A stretch of 63,798 nt of DNA, counting the filler, from Octopus bimaculoides (taxonomy: Eukaryota), in assembly GCF_001194135.2 (NCBI RefSeq). It is 5 parts of 4 records of this genome, joined end to end, with 100 filler letters (N's around TTAATTAATTAA, not from the genome) between each part and the next. Parts side by side here need not be neighbours in the genome. Positions count along the whole stretch, not along the records: positions 1 to 27,592 come from NC_068982.1; 4 more parts are not named here. One strand, written 5' to 3'. Positions 11,641 to 23,951 of the stretch are shown in pieces. A program made the translations under genes and the position numbers. Every line of letters starts with the position of its first letter. Position 1 is the first letter of the stretch. A model generated the notes under the pieces. That model was not told the DNA's origin and did no database searches. It worked only from the letters and a program-made list of their open reading frames with translations.

Positions 11641-13736
11641 CAGATAAAACAATAAGACCAAGACAACTGTTTTATGATTAAAAAGTTTCGAATGATACAA
11701 AATTGAAATTATTTTCAACAGATTAAAAAAAAAAATAATTAATTTGATGTGCGACATGTATTTGTTTTATTTTACTTTCATGTTGGGAGTGGAGAAACTT
11801 AAGATATTTTAATTTGCAAGGTACGCACAGAAGAACAAAAAGAATTTTATAAAAAAAAAAGTAGATGGTTACAATGAATAGAAATGTCTAATTTATGTAA
11901 CATAAAATGCTCAAGAAAATCAGTATTTCTACTATGAATTANNNNNNNNNNNNNNNNNNNNNNNNNNNNNNNNNNNNNNNNNNNNNNNNNNNNNNNNNNN
12001 NNNNNNNNNNNNNNNNNNNNNNNNNNNNNNNNNNNNNNNNNNNNNNNNNNNNNNNNNNNNNNNNNNNNNNNNNNNNNNNNNNNNNNNNNNNNNNNNNNNN
12101 NNNNNNNNNNNNNNNNNNNNNNNNNNNNNNNNNNNNNNNNNNNNNNNNNNNNNNNNNNNNNNNNNNNNNNNNNNNNNNNNNNNNNNNNNNNNNNNNNNNN
12201 NNNNNNNNNNNNNNNNNNNNNNNNNNNNNNNNNNNNNNNNNNNNNNNNNNNNNNNNNNNNNNNNNNNNNNNNNNNNNNNNNNNNNNNNNNNNNNNNNNNN
12301 NNNNNNNNNNNNNNNNNNNNNNNNNNNNNNNNNNNNNNNNNNNNNNNNNNNNNNNNNNNNNNNNNNNNNNNNNNNNNNNNNNNNNNNNNNNNNNNNNNNN
12401 NNNNNNNNNNNNNNNNNNNNNNNNNNNNNNNNNNNNNNNNNNNNNNNNNNNNNNNAACTGATATAAGATCAGTTTTGTTATTGATTAAACAACAGGACTG
12501 ACAAATTAACTAACGAACGAAAAACAAGAATCAGAGTTTTTTTTTATTATATATTTTCTTTTGTTTTATTGTAGCAGTAGACTCAATCATTGTGCCTCGG
12601 TGGATGAAATTATAAAAGAATGCCATTTCTAGATGAGTGATGAGCCAATGAGGAAAATGTAAAGAGAACCAAACAAGAAAAACATTGGACAGAAATGGAG
12701 AAAAAAAAAAAAGCTTTTTTTTTTTTTTTTTTTTAAAGACGCATTGTTTTTTTTTTTAGTGCGTCAAACCTGAACCGTTTTTAAAGACAACTGTGGTTAA
12801 AAGTTACTCATTCCAGGAGCTGAATGTGATAGTGTGACATGTAAATATAACATGTGGTTATTGGAAATGTAAGAAATAAAAATAGATTTCTGTTTGTTTG
12901 CCATGAAAAAGACATTGTAAAAGAATCGTATGACACGTGTATAATTGATATACATACATATATACTCACACAAGGTGTATATTCTTTCATATAACACATT
13001 TACACTTCATGTACATATACACATTCACACAAGAAGAGGTATATATTCATGTTACACATACATAAACACAAGTGTATATTCTTTCAAATAGCACAAATAG
13101 ACACTTATACATGCACGTCACAAGAAAACTTATTTATACTTGATATCCACACATACATACACACTCACCCAATAAAGAGTGTATATCCTTTCATGACACA
13201 TTTACACTCAACATTCATGCATTTTGCAAACATATACACATTACATCATTCAACAAGAAAAAAATCTCAAATACATGTTGCTTCACATGAAGACATGGAG
13301 CGAAGATCAGTGGAAGTCATTAAATATGTTTTCAAATTTGCACTCCTGGTTTGAGGCTTGAACAAGGCAATAAAAATGATGAAAATAAATATGAGATTTG
13401 AAAATTAAATTTCATAGATATATTTAAAAAAAAAAAAAAAATGAAATATCTTCAGTCATTTTCTGAAGAAACAAATCTGAATGCTACAATTAGAATCTAA
13501 TTACTAACTTAATAAGCATTGTGATGATGGCCGCAAATTATATCTTTCAATTATTATACATGATGATGATAAACTTGATCCTATGGAATATAAAATTTCC
13601 CCATCCTATTAAATGTAATTAATCATTTATGTAATTTCATCTGATGCTATGTACACAATCATGGAATGATAAATGGAATAATATATTCAGAAATGCCCTT
13701 TTCTTTACATAAAAACAACTTATTTACATACACCCG

Positions 13737-14227
13737 CTAACGTCGAGATCTCGTTACTCTCTTTACTGGAGTCTTTACTTTCTTGACCGGAGTCTTTACT
13801 TTCTTGACCGGAGTCTTTACTTTCTTGACCGAAGTCTTTACTCTCTTCACTGGAGTCTTTACTTTCTTGACTGGAGTCTTTACTTTCTTGACTGGAGTCT
13901 TTGCTTTTTTCACTGGAGTCTTTACTTTCTTCACTGGAGTCTTTACTTTCTTCACTGGAGTCTTTACTTTTTTAGACTCGGCTCCTTTTTTCACAGGACT
14001 CTTAACAGTTGCTCTTCGTGTGGTCCGAGTTTTAACAGGAGAGACAGATTCCTTTTCGGCTGTCCCACGAACTCGTGTCAACACTTGACTCTTGTTTACT
14101 TCTTCTTTAGTTTTCTTACTGACTTGTCGACTCTGCCTGGTTGGTTTCTTATTTTCCTTTGCCTTGGTTTCAAGTTCTTCTAAATCATTTTGATTCTCAG
14201 CTGCTTTTTCTTGTACCTCGGCAGGAG
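13737..14227 (-). CDS. MKI67: Ki-67-like protein, terminal coding exon with KTPVKKV heptad repeats
   Basis: Phase-1 acceptor ttttaaaccag; open frame (A)PAEVQEKAAENQ...KTPVKKV x10...TRSRR*; TAG at 13739-13737. Confidence 0.8.
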
Positions 14228-15188
14228 CTGGTTTAAAAAAGGGAGTAAAATAAACAAACAGTAAACAGAATAATATTCAAATCAATCAATCATCATCATC
14301 ATTTAACATCCGTTTTCCATGCTGGCATGGGTCAGATGGTTTGATAGGAGCTGGCAAGCTTGCCAAGCTATAATTGTTTGTTTTGGTGCAGTTTCTACAA
14401 CTAGATACCCTTCCTAATGCTAACCACTTTATAGAGTGTACTGGGTGCTCTTTTATGGGGCACCAGTGCTTTTAATGTGGGGCATTTACAGAACCGAAAG
14501 TTTTTTTGTTTTTTTTTTATTCCTGCCGATAACATTTAGAACTGTAACCATTCGCAGCTGATAAGTCATCAATAGAAATTTAAAAGAAAGGTGCAGTTGT
14601 GTGGTTAAGAAGCTTGCTTACCAACCTTGTGGTCTCAGGTTCAGTCCCACTGCATAGTGCTCTGGTCAAGTGTCTTCTGTTATAGCCCTGAGCCCATCAA
14701 AAACAAGCAAATGGATTTGGTGGAAGGAAACTGAAAGAAGTTTGTTGTATATGTGTGTGTGTGTGTACACATACCCTTGTTTGATATTATGTGATGATTG
14801 TATATGAGCNNNNNNNNNNNNNNNNNNNNNNNNNNNNNNNNNNNNNNNNNNNNNNNNNNNNNNNNNNNNNNNNNNNNNNNNNNNNNNNNNNNNNNNNNNN
14901 NNNNNNNNNNNNNNNNNNNNNNNNNNNNNNNNNNNNNNNNNNNNNNNNNNNNNNNNNNNNNNNNNNNNNNNNNNNNNNNNNNNNNNNNNNNNNNNNNNNN
15001 NNNNNNNNNNNNNNNNNNNNNNNNNNNNNNNNNNNNNNNNNNNNNNNNNNNNNNNNNNNNNNNNNNNNNNNNNNNNNNNNNNNNNNNNCCCACATGGTTC
15101 ATACACATACACACACTCTTTCCTCAACATGCTGTGAGACAACAACCATATAGATCAGTGTCTAGTCAAAGAAATTACAGTTACATAC

Positions 15189-15229
15189 CAGTTTCTTTTG
15201 TGTTCTTAGATGTCGTCTTCTGAACAACT
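15189..15229 (-). CDS. MKI67: Ki-67-like protein, 41-bp exon
   Basis: tttacttacag acceptor, G|gtatgt donor, phase 2/1. Encodes VVQKTTSKNTKET and is the exon needed to reconcile phases between 17012 and 14227. Confidence 0.75.
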
Positions 15230-17011
15230 CTGTAAGTAAAAAAGATAATAATAATAATTATTATGAAATCTTATTTCAGGAAGAAAAAAAAAAACGTTTT
15301 AGAAGCCATGCCTAGATACATTTTCTCACGTACACACATATATATATAAAAATAAGAAGGGTAGAAAATTTAGAGGAATATGCTACCGGTGGCCAGCATA
15401 TGTAATTAAAGTCAATAGACAACATATTTTTCATATAAATTAGCTTACGTTTTTATACACAGAAGAGGTGACCTTTAACAGGACACCTTACATGCTGGAA
15501 ATGGCAGTTAAAGTCCAAACCACGAATAAGGGTAATTTCAAAAGGAATGAAAAATAAAATCATTTCAACAGTTACCCTTATACATTCTACGTAAGTTTGT
15601 TTCCACAGTGATTGCTTCAAACAAGCATACTGAAAAAAATAAAAGTCTAACGGTTTTGCTTCCTAAGAAAGACTATGGATAGACCCCATCTCCTCAGAAA
15701 AATTGTTAATAAAATCATTTTAAAAGATTTTACTTCATTCCGATGTAAAATCGTCTTTGCTGTCGCTATCGCCGCTTTCAGTTTCTTCAGAATCACTGCT
15801 TTCGGTTTCAGACAGAAATATCCTATTCATTCTCATACACCACGTGCTTTTGTATCTCATTCATTCTTTTTCAATATCTCCATATTTTCCGTTGAAAAAC
15901 CTTTAAATTCGGAATCACCGCTTGATAGCATGAAACTCCTATCCATTTTCAAAGTTGAAAAAAAAATCGACGCCAAAAAGAAATGTGGAAAAAAATCTCC
16001 CAAAATTCACTGAGTTCAGATATCACATCAAGCAATGTCAGATACTATAACTCAACTATTTACAAAGTGAAATCATGTATTCTCACAAATGTACTAACGA
16101 AATTTGTGCTTAAATTCAGATTTAAATAACAATGGGCCCTCTCGGCTGGCTATGGCCAGGTTGGTCTTATGAACCAAAAACTTTTTCAGCTGGCTCCGGC
16201 CAGGTTTGTATCAAAAGGGTTAATCTCATTGTTTGTTTACATCTGATGTCTTGGAGTGATTTAATAGCACTGCTAACAAAAAAGAACACAGTATTGCTTT
16301 ATAAAGACATTTAATATGATGGTTGCATAACAAAATACCGCATCCCTGCAAGTCATTAATTCTAAGGTTCTTAGACTTCAGTCCTAGCTTCATTGCTTAA
16401 TGTCCATCTTCCATGCATGCATGCATGGGTAGGACGGTTGACAGGAGCTGGCCTGGTAGAAAATCTACCCAAGGCTACTGTGTCTGTTTTGGCAGGGGTT
16501 TTACGGCTGGATGCCCTTCCTAACACCAACCACTCCGCAAAATGGACTCAGTGCTTTTTACAGCTGGATGCCCTTCCAGGTGCCAACCACGTTAGTGTGG
16601 ACAGGATGCTTTTAACGTGGCACCAGCATTGGCAGGGTAACCAAGTAATTCACAAGACAAGGAATTATGAGAGGGGAAGGAGGCATTTGAGGAGGGGAAC
16701 TTGTGTCAGAGGATGAAAAGTTAGAGTGTGACAAAGAGACAAAAGCAGGTGTCTTGCCACAACAGAGGGGGGGGGGCATTAGAGGAGGTGATCCAGCATT
16801 CTTAAAATTTCTTCCCTGTCTCTAGTCCACCTATATGAACAAGGTCATTGGCATAGGGGAGCTCCTAAGGGCTGCCAATCTTAAATTTCTTTGTTGTGGC
16901 TCGAAGGACTATGACAAACATGAGTGGGGCTGAGAACTAAGATTGAATTAAACACTGATAATTCCAGAAGAGAAAGAAAATTAAAAACAAATTTTAAGAA
17001 AAAAACCCTAC

Positions 17012-17095
17012 TTAGTCTGTCTGGTTTTCTGAGTTCTGGTAACTTTAGGAGAAACAGTAGGATTATCAGTAGCAGCTCTTTTTCTTGTAGTTCTT
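17012..17095 (-). CDS. MKI67: Ki-67-like protein, internal exon
   Basis: ttttcttttccag acceptor, AA|gtaggg donor, phase 2/2. Encodes RTTRKRAATDNPTVSPKVTRTQKTRQT. Confidence 0.75.
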
Positions 17096-17615
17096 CTGGA
17101 AAAGAAAATTAATCCAACTTTAAAATTTTGCTTACATGTTTATAATCAACACTTCATACAATTTCCTCCATGAACAATTTAAGCCTTTTAATAGCAACTC
17201 ACCAGACACTGCCCCTAGTTTTATGATATAAACTACATGTTCCAACCCTTTAATATTATCATTCTGTCAAATGTAATGCTTCTTTATTCACATTGTTTTT
17301 AATTAATCATGCATTATCTTGTAACCTTGAGATTTCAACGATGTGGTTGTTTATTTTTAGAATGACATCAGAGGGTAGGTGTGAGAAGTCCAATCTGGCT
17401 GGTTTAAACACAAAATGTGAAATATTTGGGCTGGATGTCTAGTTTAAATGCTAAAGGGTTAAAGTAATTTAAATTAAAACCTACCATCAAAATTAATTGG
17501 AAAAAACATATAAGCAGGGCAATTTGAGAGAAATAAGCTAAGGAAAAGATTTTGTTCCATGTAAAATCTTGCAATTTAGTGACCTTTTCAGAAAAACCTT
17601 GTGTGATTCAATTAA

Positions 17616-17793
17616 CCCTTAGAACCCCAAATGTTGGTCTACCAGCACTCCATGTGTCTTCATTTTTCACCATTTTGTACCCTTGTGTTATGAAACAAGC
17701 ATGTCTTTCAGCATATATTCTAAAATCAAAAATTTTTCACTGGGAGCTTAGGGTGGTGCATTTAATTCCTGTGGGTGGTTAGGGTTCAAAGGG
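17616..17793. mobile_element. piggyBac-type MITE
   Basis: TTAA|CCCTT...AAGGG|TTAA: TTAA at 17612-17615 and 17794-17797 flanking short CCCTT/AAGGG inverted termini. Confidence 0.6.
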
Positions 17794-18110
17794 TTAATCT
17801 CTATATAAAAGTAGCTGGTGTAAATGTCTGTTGGTCAATTCCACCAATTACAGATAACATTGTATAGAGAGGGGAGCGAGAGAGAGAGCAAAAGAGAGAT
17901 ACAAAGAGTTGCAGAGGGAGGTCTAGTGGTAGGCAATGAGTAAAGAGAGCTTACACACACGCACACACAGAGTGAGAGAGAAAGTAGAAAAGTTACAAAA
18001 CAAGGTGGAGGGAGTAAAGGGAGAGGTGAGAGGTAAAGGAGGAGAGAAAGGAGATAGACGGAGCAGGGGTGGCAGTCGATCATAAATACTGTTCAAAGGT
18101 AGTGAGACGA

Positions 18111-18970
18111 AAGAACTGAATGCAGAGGAGAAGCAAAGGTTGAGAGGGACGAGGCCAGTATGTGCCAATGGACGTGGAATAGCTGTGCAGACAAGAGGAA
18201 GTGGAAATGTGCGGATAGAAAAGTTGATGTGGCATGCAAGAGAGGAGACTATGATGGTTTGGACGAACGGTGAATACGTGCCGAGACATAGAGATCTCAG
18301 AGAGAAAAAGAACTGAATGCAGAGGAGAAGCAAAGGTTGAGAGGGACGAGGCCAGTATGCGCCAATGGACGTGGAATAGCTGTGCAGACAAGAGGAAGTG
18401 GAAATGTGCGGATAGAAAAGTTGATGTGGCATGCAAGAGAGGAGACTATGATGGTTTGGACGAACGGTGAATACGTGCCGAGACATAGAGAAGATCTCAG
18501 AGAGAAAAAGAACTGAATGGAAAGCATTCAACTCCATCAAAGATATGCTGAAAAGAGAGCTGGATAGGACCACTTGCGCCAACCTCTTTAACGGCACAGT
18601 TTTACCCGCAATTTTGCACAGAAGCAAAACCTGGGCCACAACAAAGAGAGGACCAGAGGTTGGTAACTGCTCAAAGAGCTATGAAAAGATTGATGCTGGG
18701 AGGGTTGCTGAAAGAACACATCTGAAGTGAAACGATCAGAGAGAAATCTGGCATGCGAGAGATCACCGAATACAGAAGGCAGAGGTTCAAATGGGCCAAA
18801 CACCACTTGGTAAACTGACAATTGGCAGAATCATGCAGTTGTCGAGTGGTCTCTGGGCAGATGGAAGGCCTCCAAAACTGTGGGTTGACGAAATAAAATA
18901 AGCATTTGGAGCTACGAGGGCAAAATGCAGAGAGGAATGGACAGTGTGCTGTGACCAGTAGTGTCGAAGC
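18111..18970 (+). mobile_element. RTE-clade LINE relic with 5' tandem duplication
   Basis: EISERKRTEWKAFNSIKDM...ANLFNGTVLPAIL..SKTWATTK and later GRPPKLWVDEI match the RTE RT C-terminal region; a unit of about 197-200 bp is repeated at 18111, 18308 and 18508. Confidence 0.75.
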
Positions 18971-19226
18971 AATGCCTAACAGTCTGGTCGGTCAAAGTCA
19001 GTTTAGTTTACTTTAAAACAGAAAGTTTGTATTACAGAACCAGGGGAAGTCTTGTGTGGATTGGCATGAAAGGATTAAAGAGATAACATAACCGAAAGTT
19101 AGTTTCTGGGAATTCTCCAAGCTAACAGATATGTAACAAAATGTGCATCTATAACACCCTCACCTAAGTTTAAAGTTGAAAGGTGAGCATTCTATGCAGG
19201 AAAATAGAAAAACAAGAAATAATTAC

Positions 19227-19312
19227 AGTTTTGGTGACTCTTCCGAAATGGTGTCAACATTTTCAGATATCTTCTCCAATGCTTTCTTAACTGGTTTTGG
19301 TGATGGTGAAGC
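19227..19312 (-). CDS. MKI67: Ki-67-like protein, internal exon
   Basis: ttgtttag acceptor (phase 0), CT|gtaatt donor (phase 2). Encodes ASPSPKPVKKALEKISENVDTISEESPK(L); phases link the flanking exons. Confidence 0.7.
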
Positions 19313-20210
19313 CTAAACAAAATAATTGTAATAAATATATTTTCAGTCTACAACATTGACAAAAGTAATGGAAGTCATAAGCTAATGAAATAAAATTCTT
19401 GAAAATATTTTTTTCCTATGGCAGTGCAAGTTGGCATTGCTGAAGTTGGAATTTGCTGAGGTAGATTTTTATTTGGCGTGATGCTTCTCCTGTCACCCAA
19501 CACTCACCTGTTTTCAAGCAAGGTAACACTTCTCCTTGCTTGGCCAGACGCGTTTCCATGAAAGACTGGAAACGAACAGCATCACTTGTATGATGAGGAT
19601 GCTTGCATACAACCCTCACATGATGTCAAGACAAGGTTGTATACATACAACAGGCTTCTTTCAATTTCCATCCCAACAAATCCACTCACAGGGCATTAGG
19701 TGACCTGGGGTGATAATAGAAGATGCTTGCCCAATGTGCCATGCAGTGGAGCTGAACCCAAAACCACATGATTGGGAAGCAAGCTTTTCAACCACACACC
19801 CATCCCTGCACCAACAATAAGGATTATATGTGTATTTAATTGGGCAAGTTTACATGCCAAATCAGACTGGAGCCTGGTGCAGCCTTCCAGTGTGCCAGCC
19901 CAGTCAAACTGTCCAACCGACACCAGCATGGACAACAGACATTAAATGATGATAATGAGGATTTAGCAATAGATGCAAAGAACTGGAAATATTTTTGCTT
20001 AACACTTCACATGCTGGTGCCACATGAAAAGCACCCAGTACACTCTGTAAAGTGGATGACCTTAGGAAGGGCATCCAGCTGTAGAAACCATTCCGAAACA
20101 GACAATGGAAGCTAGTGCAGCTCTTGGCCAACTGTCCAACCCATGCCAGCATGGGAAACAGACGTTAAATGATGATGACTTCAATAGTGCTAAAATAAAC
20201 AGTTACTCAC

Positions 20211-22176
20211 CACAAGTCTTTTCTTGCTAGGGGTTTCTAGATTGTCCTCTGCAACATTTGATTTGGAAGCACCTCTTTTGCTAGCTCTTTTCTTTGTAGT
20301 ATCAACTGTAGTCGTCCTTGTAACTTTTGGTAAATCACTGTCTTCTATTGAAACTTTATCTGATGTAGTTTTAGTCGATCTTGTCTTTCGTGATCTCACA
20401 GCAACAGGACTACATTCTTCACTGTTATCCAGGTTGATTGTTTTTTCTTGAATTACTTTCAAAGGCGTTGGTTTTTCTTTCTCTTTTGAAGAAGTTTTTC
20501 CTTTGGTAATGGATGTAAACTTCTTGTTGGCTCTAGTTTGTCTTAATGCTTTTACTGGAGAATCAGCACGATTTGAACCACTGGCAACTTCAGGGATTTC
20601 CTTCTCAGCCTCTGCTTGTTTTGGAGTCTCTGCTAATACTGGTTCTGAANNNNNNNNNNNNNNNNNNNNNNNNNNNNNNNNNNNNNNNNNNNNNNNNNNN
20701 NNNNNNNNNNNNNNNNNNNNNNNNNNNNNNNNNNNNNNNNNNNNNNNNNNNNNNNNNNNNNNNNNNNNNNNNNNNNNNNNNNNNNNNNNNNNNNNNNNNN
20801 NNNNNNNNNNNNNNNNNNNNNNNNNNNNNNNNNNNNNNNNNNNNNNNNNNNNNNNNNNNNNNNNNNNNNNNNNNNNNNNNNNNNNNNNNNNNNNNNNNNN
20901 NNNNNNNNNNNNNNNNNNNNNNNNNNNNNNNNNNNNNNNNNNNNNNNNNNNNNNNNNNNNNNNNNNNNNNNNNNNNNNNNNNNNNNNNNNNNNNNNNNNN
21001 NNNNNNNNNNNNNNNNNNNNNNNNNNNNNNNNNNNNNNNNNNNNNNNNNNNNNNNNNNNNNNNNNNNNNNNNNNNNNNNNNNNNNNNNNNNNNNNNNNNN
21101 NNNNNNNNNNNNNNNNNNNNNNNNNNNNNNNNNNNNNNNNNNNNNNNNNNNNNNNNNNNNNNNNNNNNNNNNNNNNNNNNNNNNNNNNNNNNNNNNNNNN
21201 NNNNNNNNNNNNNNNNNNNNNNNNNNNNNNNNNNNNNNNNNNNNNNNNNNNNNNNNNNNNNNNNNNTCTTGGGAGTCACTTTAGCAGCAGGGCTGGCCTT
21301 CTTGGGAGTCACTTTAGCAGCAGGGCTGGCCTTCTTGGGAGTCACTTTAGCAGCAGGGCTGGCCTTCTTGGGAGTCACCTTGGCAAGACGAGTGGACTTT
21401 TTGATCACTTTGGCTGTAAGACTGGACTTAGGAGTTACCTTAACAGCAGGGCTGGCTTTCTTAGGAGTCATCCTAGCAGCTGGGCTAGTTTTCTTGGGAG
21501 TCATCTTAGCAGGACTGCCCTTTTGGGAAGTCTTGGGGGATTTTTGTGTGGGAGTTTTAAGCATTTCTTTTACACCATCTAATATAGCAGATGTTCGGCG
21601 GGCTGGAGTTTTTACCAACTTCCTAACTCCTCTCAAATCTTCAGATTTACGGCCCTTGGGAGTTTTAAGCATTTCCTTAATGCCAACCAATTTAGCAGAT
21701 GTTCGGCGGGCTGGAGTTTTTAATAATTCCCTAACCCCTCTCAGATCTTCAGATTTACGGCCTTTGGGAGTTTTAAGCATCTCCTTCATGCCAACCAATT
21801 TAGCAGATGTTCGGCGGGCTGGAGTTTTTACCAGTTTCCTAACCCCTCTCAGATCTTCAGATTTACGGCCCCTGGGAGTTTTAAGCATCTCCTTCATGCC
21901 AACAAATTTAACAGATGTTCGGCGGGCTGGAGTTTTTAATAATTTCCTAACTCCCCTCAGATCTTCAGACTTACGGCGTTTGAGAGTTTTAAGCGTTTCT
22001 TTAATGCCAACCAATTTTTCTAAAAGGGGATTATAGTTTGCCCGTGAATCCCCAGATACTGAAGATTTCAAAGGTGAGACAAACATATGTGAAGGTGCAG
22101 CTGGACTGTCTGGGATGGAATCGTACAAATCACTCTCATCAAATTTTTCAATCAAAGGTGAAGCCAGTTTTTTAGT
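20211..22176 (-). CDS. MKI67: Ki-67-like protein, large repeat exon (interrupted by gap 20650-21266)
   Basis: Acceptor ttttactttcag (phase 0) and donor GTG|gtgagt at 20210. Frame is open on both sides of the gap. Contains EDLRGVRKLLKTP repeats homologous to Ki-67 EDLSGIAEMFKTP-type motifs, then KVTPKKASPAA repeats. Confidence 0.85.
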
Positions 22177-23951
22177 CTGAAAGTAAAAAGATATCAAATG
22201 AATAAATAAATAATTATTAGCAACGGAAGCACTATTAATACCAAAAGGTAAACATGACAACATAAGTGCCTCGTTAGAATACTGGAAACTGTGCCATTAG
22301 CCTTGAGAGATCCTCTCTTATAGGTGCTTAGTGAATAAAAAGCAAACACATAAATTATCGCAGACGAAATTCGTCTGTCACTGGCAGCAGAATTCCCGTA
22401 TTACATGATTTGGGTCTGCTGGACCCAACTAGATATAAGTTTCTTCAAAATGTCTATTGAAAAACCACACTCTTTTCGTTTTAACCACATATCAATCCTT
22501 TCACCAACAATGGGGATTATGAGTGTATTCAATAGAGCAAGTTTAAAATGTAATGCTACATTTTGAAAATAAGAATTTAGTAAAATAACTACTAATATTA
22601 AAACTCTTTAATTGCAAAATTAAATTTCTTGGTTATTACATTAATGATGCAAAATATCTCCCAGTCGTGTTGCCTCAATGTACTTGACATATCTCAAGGA
22701 AAAATTGTTTCAAACAGAACATGGATTGGTTTTTAAAACTGCTTTCCAAAGTTAAGGGTAAAGATATTTTGAGCAGCTATATTGGATTTCTGCAGTACAA
22801 AGGTTAAGCTGACGTTTGGAACATACAATGTTGATGGAAGATATTAATTTACATCACTTTGGGAAACATAACATGAAATTTTGATAGAAGGCTTTTAATT
22901 TAGTTGATTTTAAAACAAGAAGTTTATCTAGCAGACTACAAGCTGGACTTAGGTGAAGAGAATTCTCAAAGTAAGATGAAAACTGGACATCATTATAATC
23001 TTCATCATTTAAATGTCCTGATGAGTTCAAAGACTGCATCGAGCTCCAGTTTCTACTTTGGAATGGTTTCTGCAACTGCAAGCCCATCCTAATGCCAACC
23101 ATTTTACAGCATATACTGATCGCTTTTTTCATGGCACCAGCACTAGTGAGGTTACCATGCAGCCTACAAGATAAAGACTCCCATATTTCGAGGGTCCATC
23201 CTGACACCTCACCACTGTTATTCTTTATCTCTTTCCAGTTCTTAGCAGATCTCTCCCCACTCTCTCTCTCCTATAATGTGAATAGCAGTCTGGCTCCATC
23301 TCAACTAGAAACCAGTTATCTTCTGGCCCTTTCTCTTTCACTTTAATCCCTCATCCCATGATATAAAATCACCTTCTTCTCTACCATAGACCCACCCAGT
23401 CAAAGGGGACCTTAGTCTTGCAAGACTCCATGGTGACCTCACTAGTGCTGGTGCCATGGAAACAAACACCCAGTACACACTGTAAAGTGATTGGCATTGG
23501 GAAGGAAATCCAGCTGTAGAAACCACGCCAAAGCAGACACTGGAGCAAGATGCAGTCTTTGGACCTGTCAAACCACCAAATTCATGGTCAGCATGCAATG
23601 TAGACACTAAATGAGATAAACATTGTCCAAGTGCATAGAAACAGTTGCATGTTTCTATGCACACACACACACACACAAGTGGCTATATGTAGAGAAGTAG
23701 ATTATTAGTTCCATTTAAATTAAACAGTGAATTCTAAAATTAAAAGAATGCCTTTAATCTAAACGAAAACAAAAGAACCTCCATTATGCCATTGGTTTGG
23801 TGAATACCAGACTACTAGAGATATATACAGAAAAAACTATAAAATATTATCTTCACCTTTTTGTAACCATATTTCTGTTGAAATTCAATGTCTTTGTTTC
23901 AATTAATTTTAAGAATTGTGGAATAATTTAGGAAATTTTTGTTTGTATTAA

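Noticed and set aside
6899-13737. Convergent MAP9 and Ki-67 genes as a functional mitotic cluster
   Set aside because: Two-gene adjacency without evidence of conservation or co-regulation; several gaps lie between them.
13755-13964. Regular short direct repeats as a possible CRISPR array
   Set aside because: No unique spacers; in-frame coding repeat in a eukaryotic spliced gene.
13783-14088. Plus-strand ORF with TGVFTFL repeats (and 20503-22036 plus-strand ORFs)
   Set aside because: Antisense shadows of the Ki-67 coding repeats.
21895-21920. RRTSVKF as the Ki-67 PP1-docking RVxF motif
   Set aside because: Spacing is R-x-x-V-x-F rather than [RK]-x(0,1)-V-x-F, and it is a one-off variant within a repeat unit.
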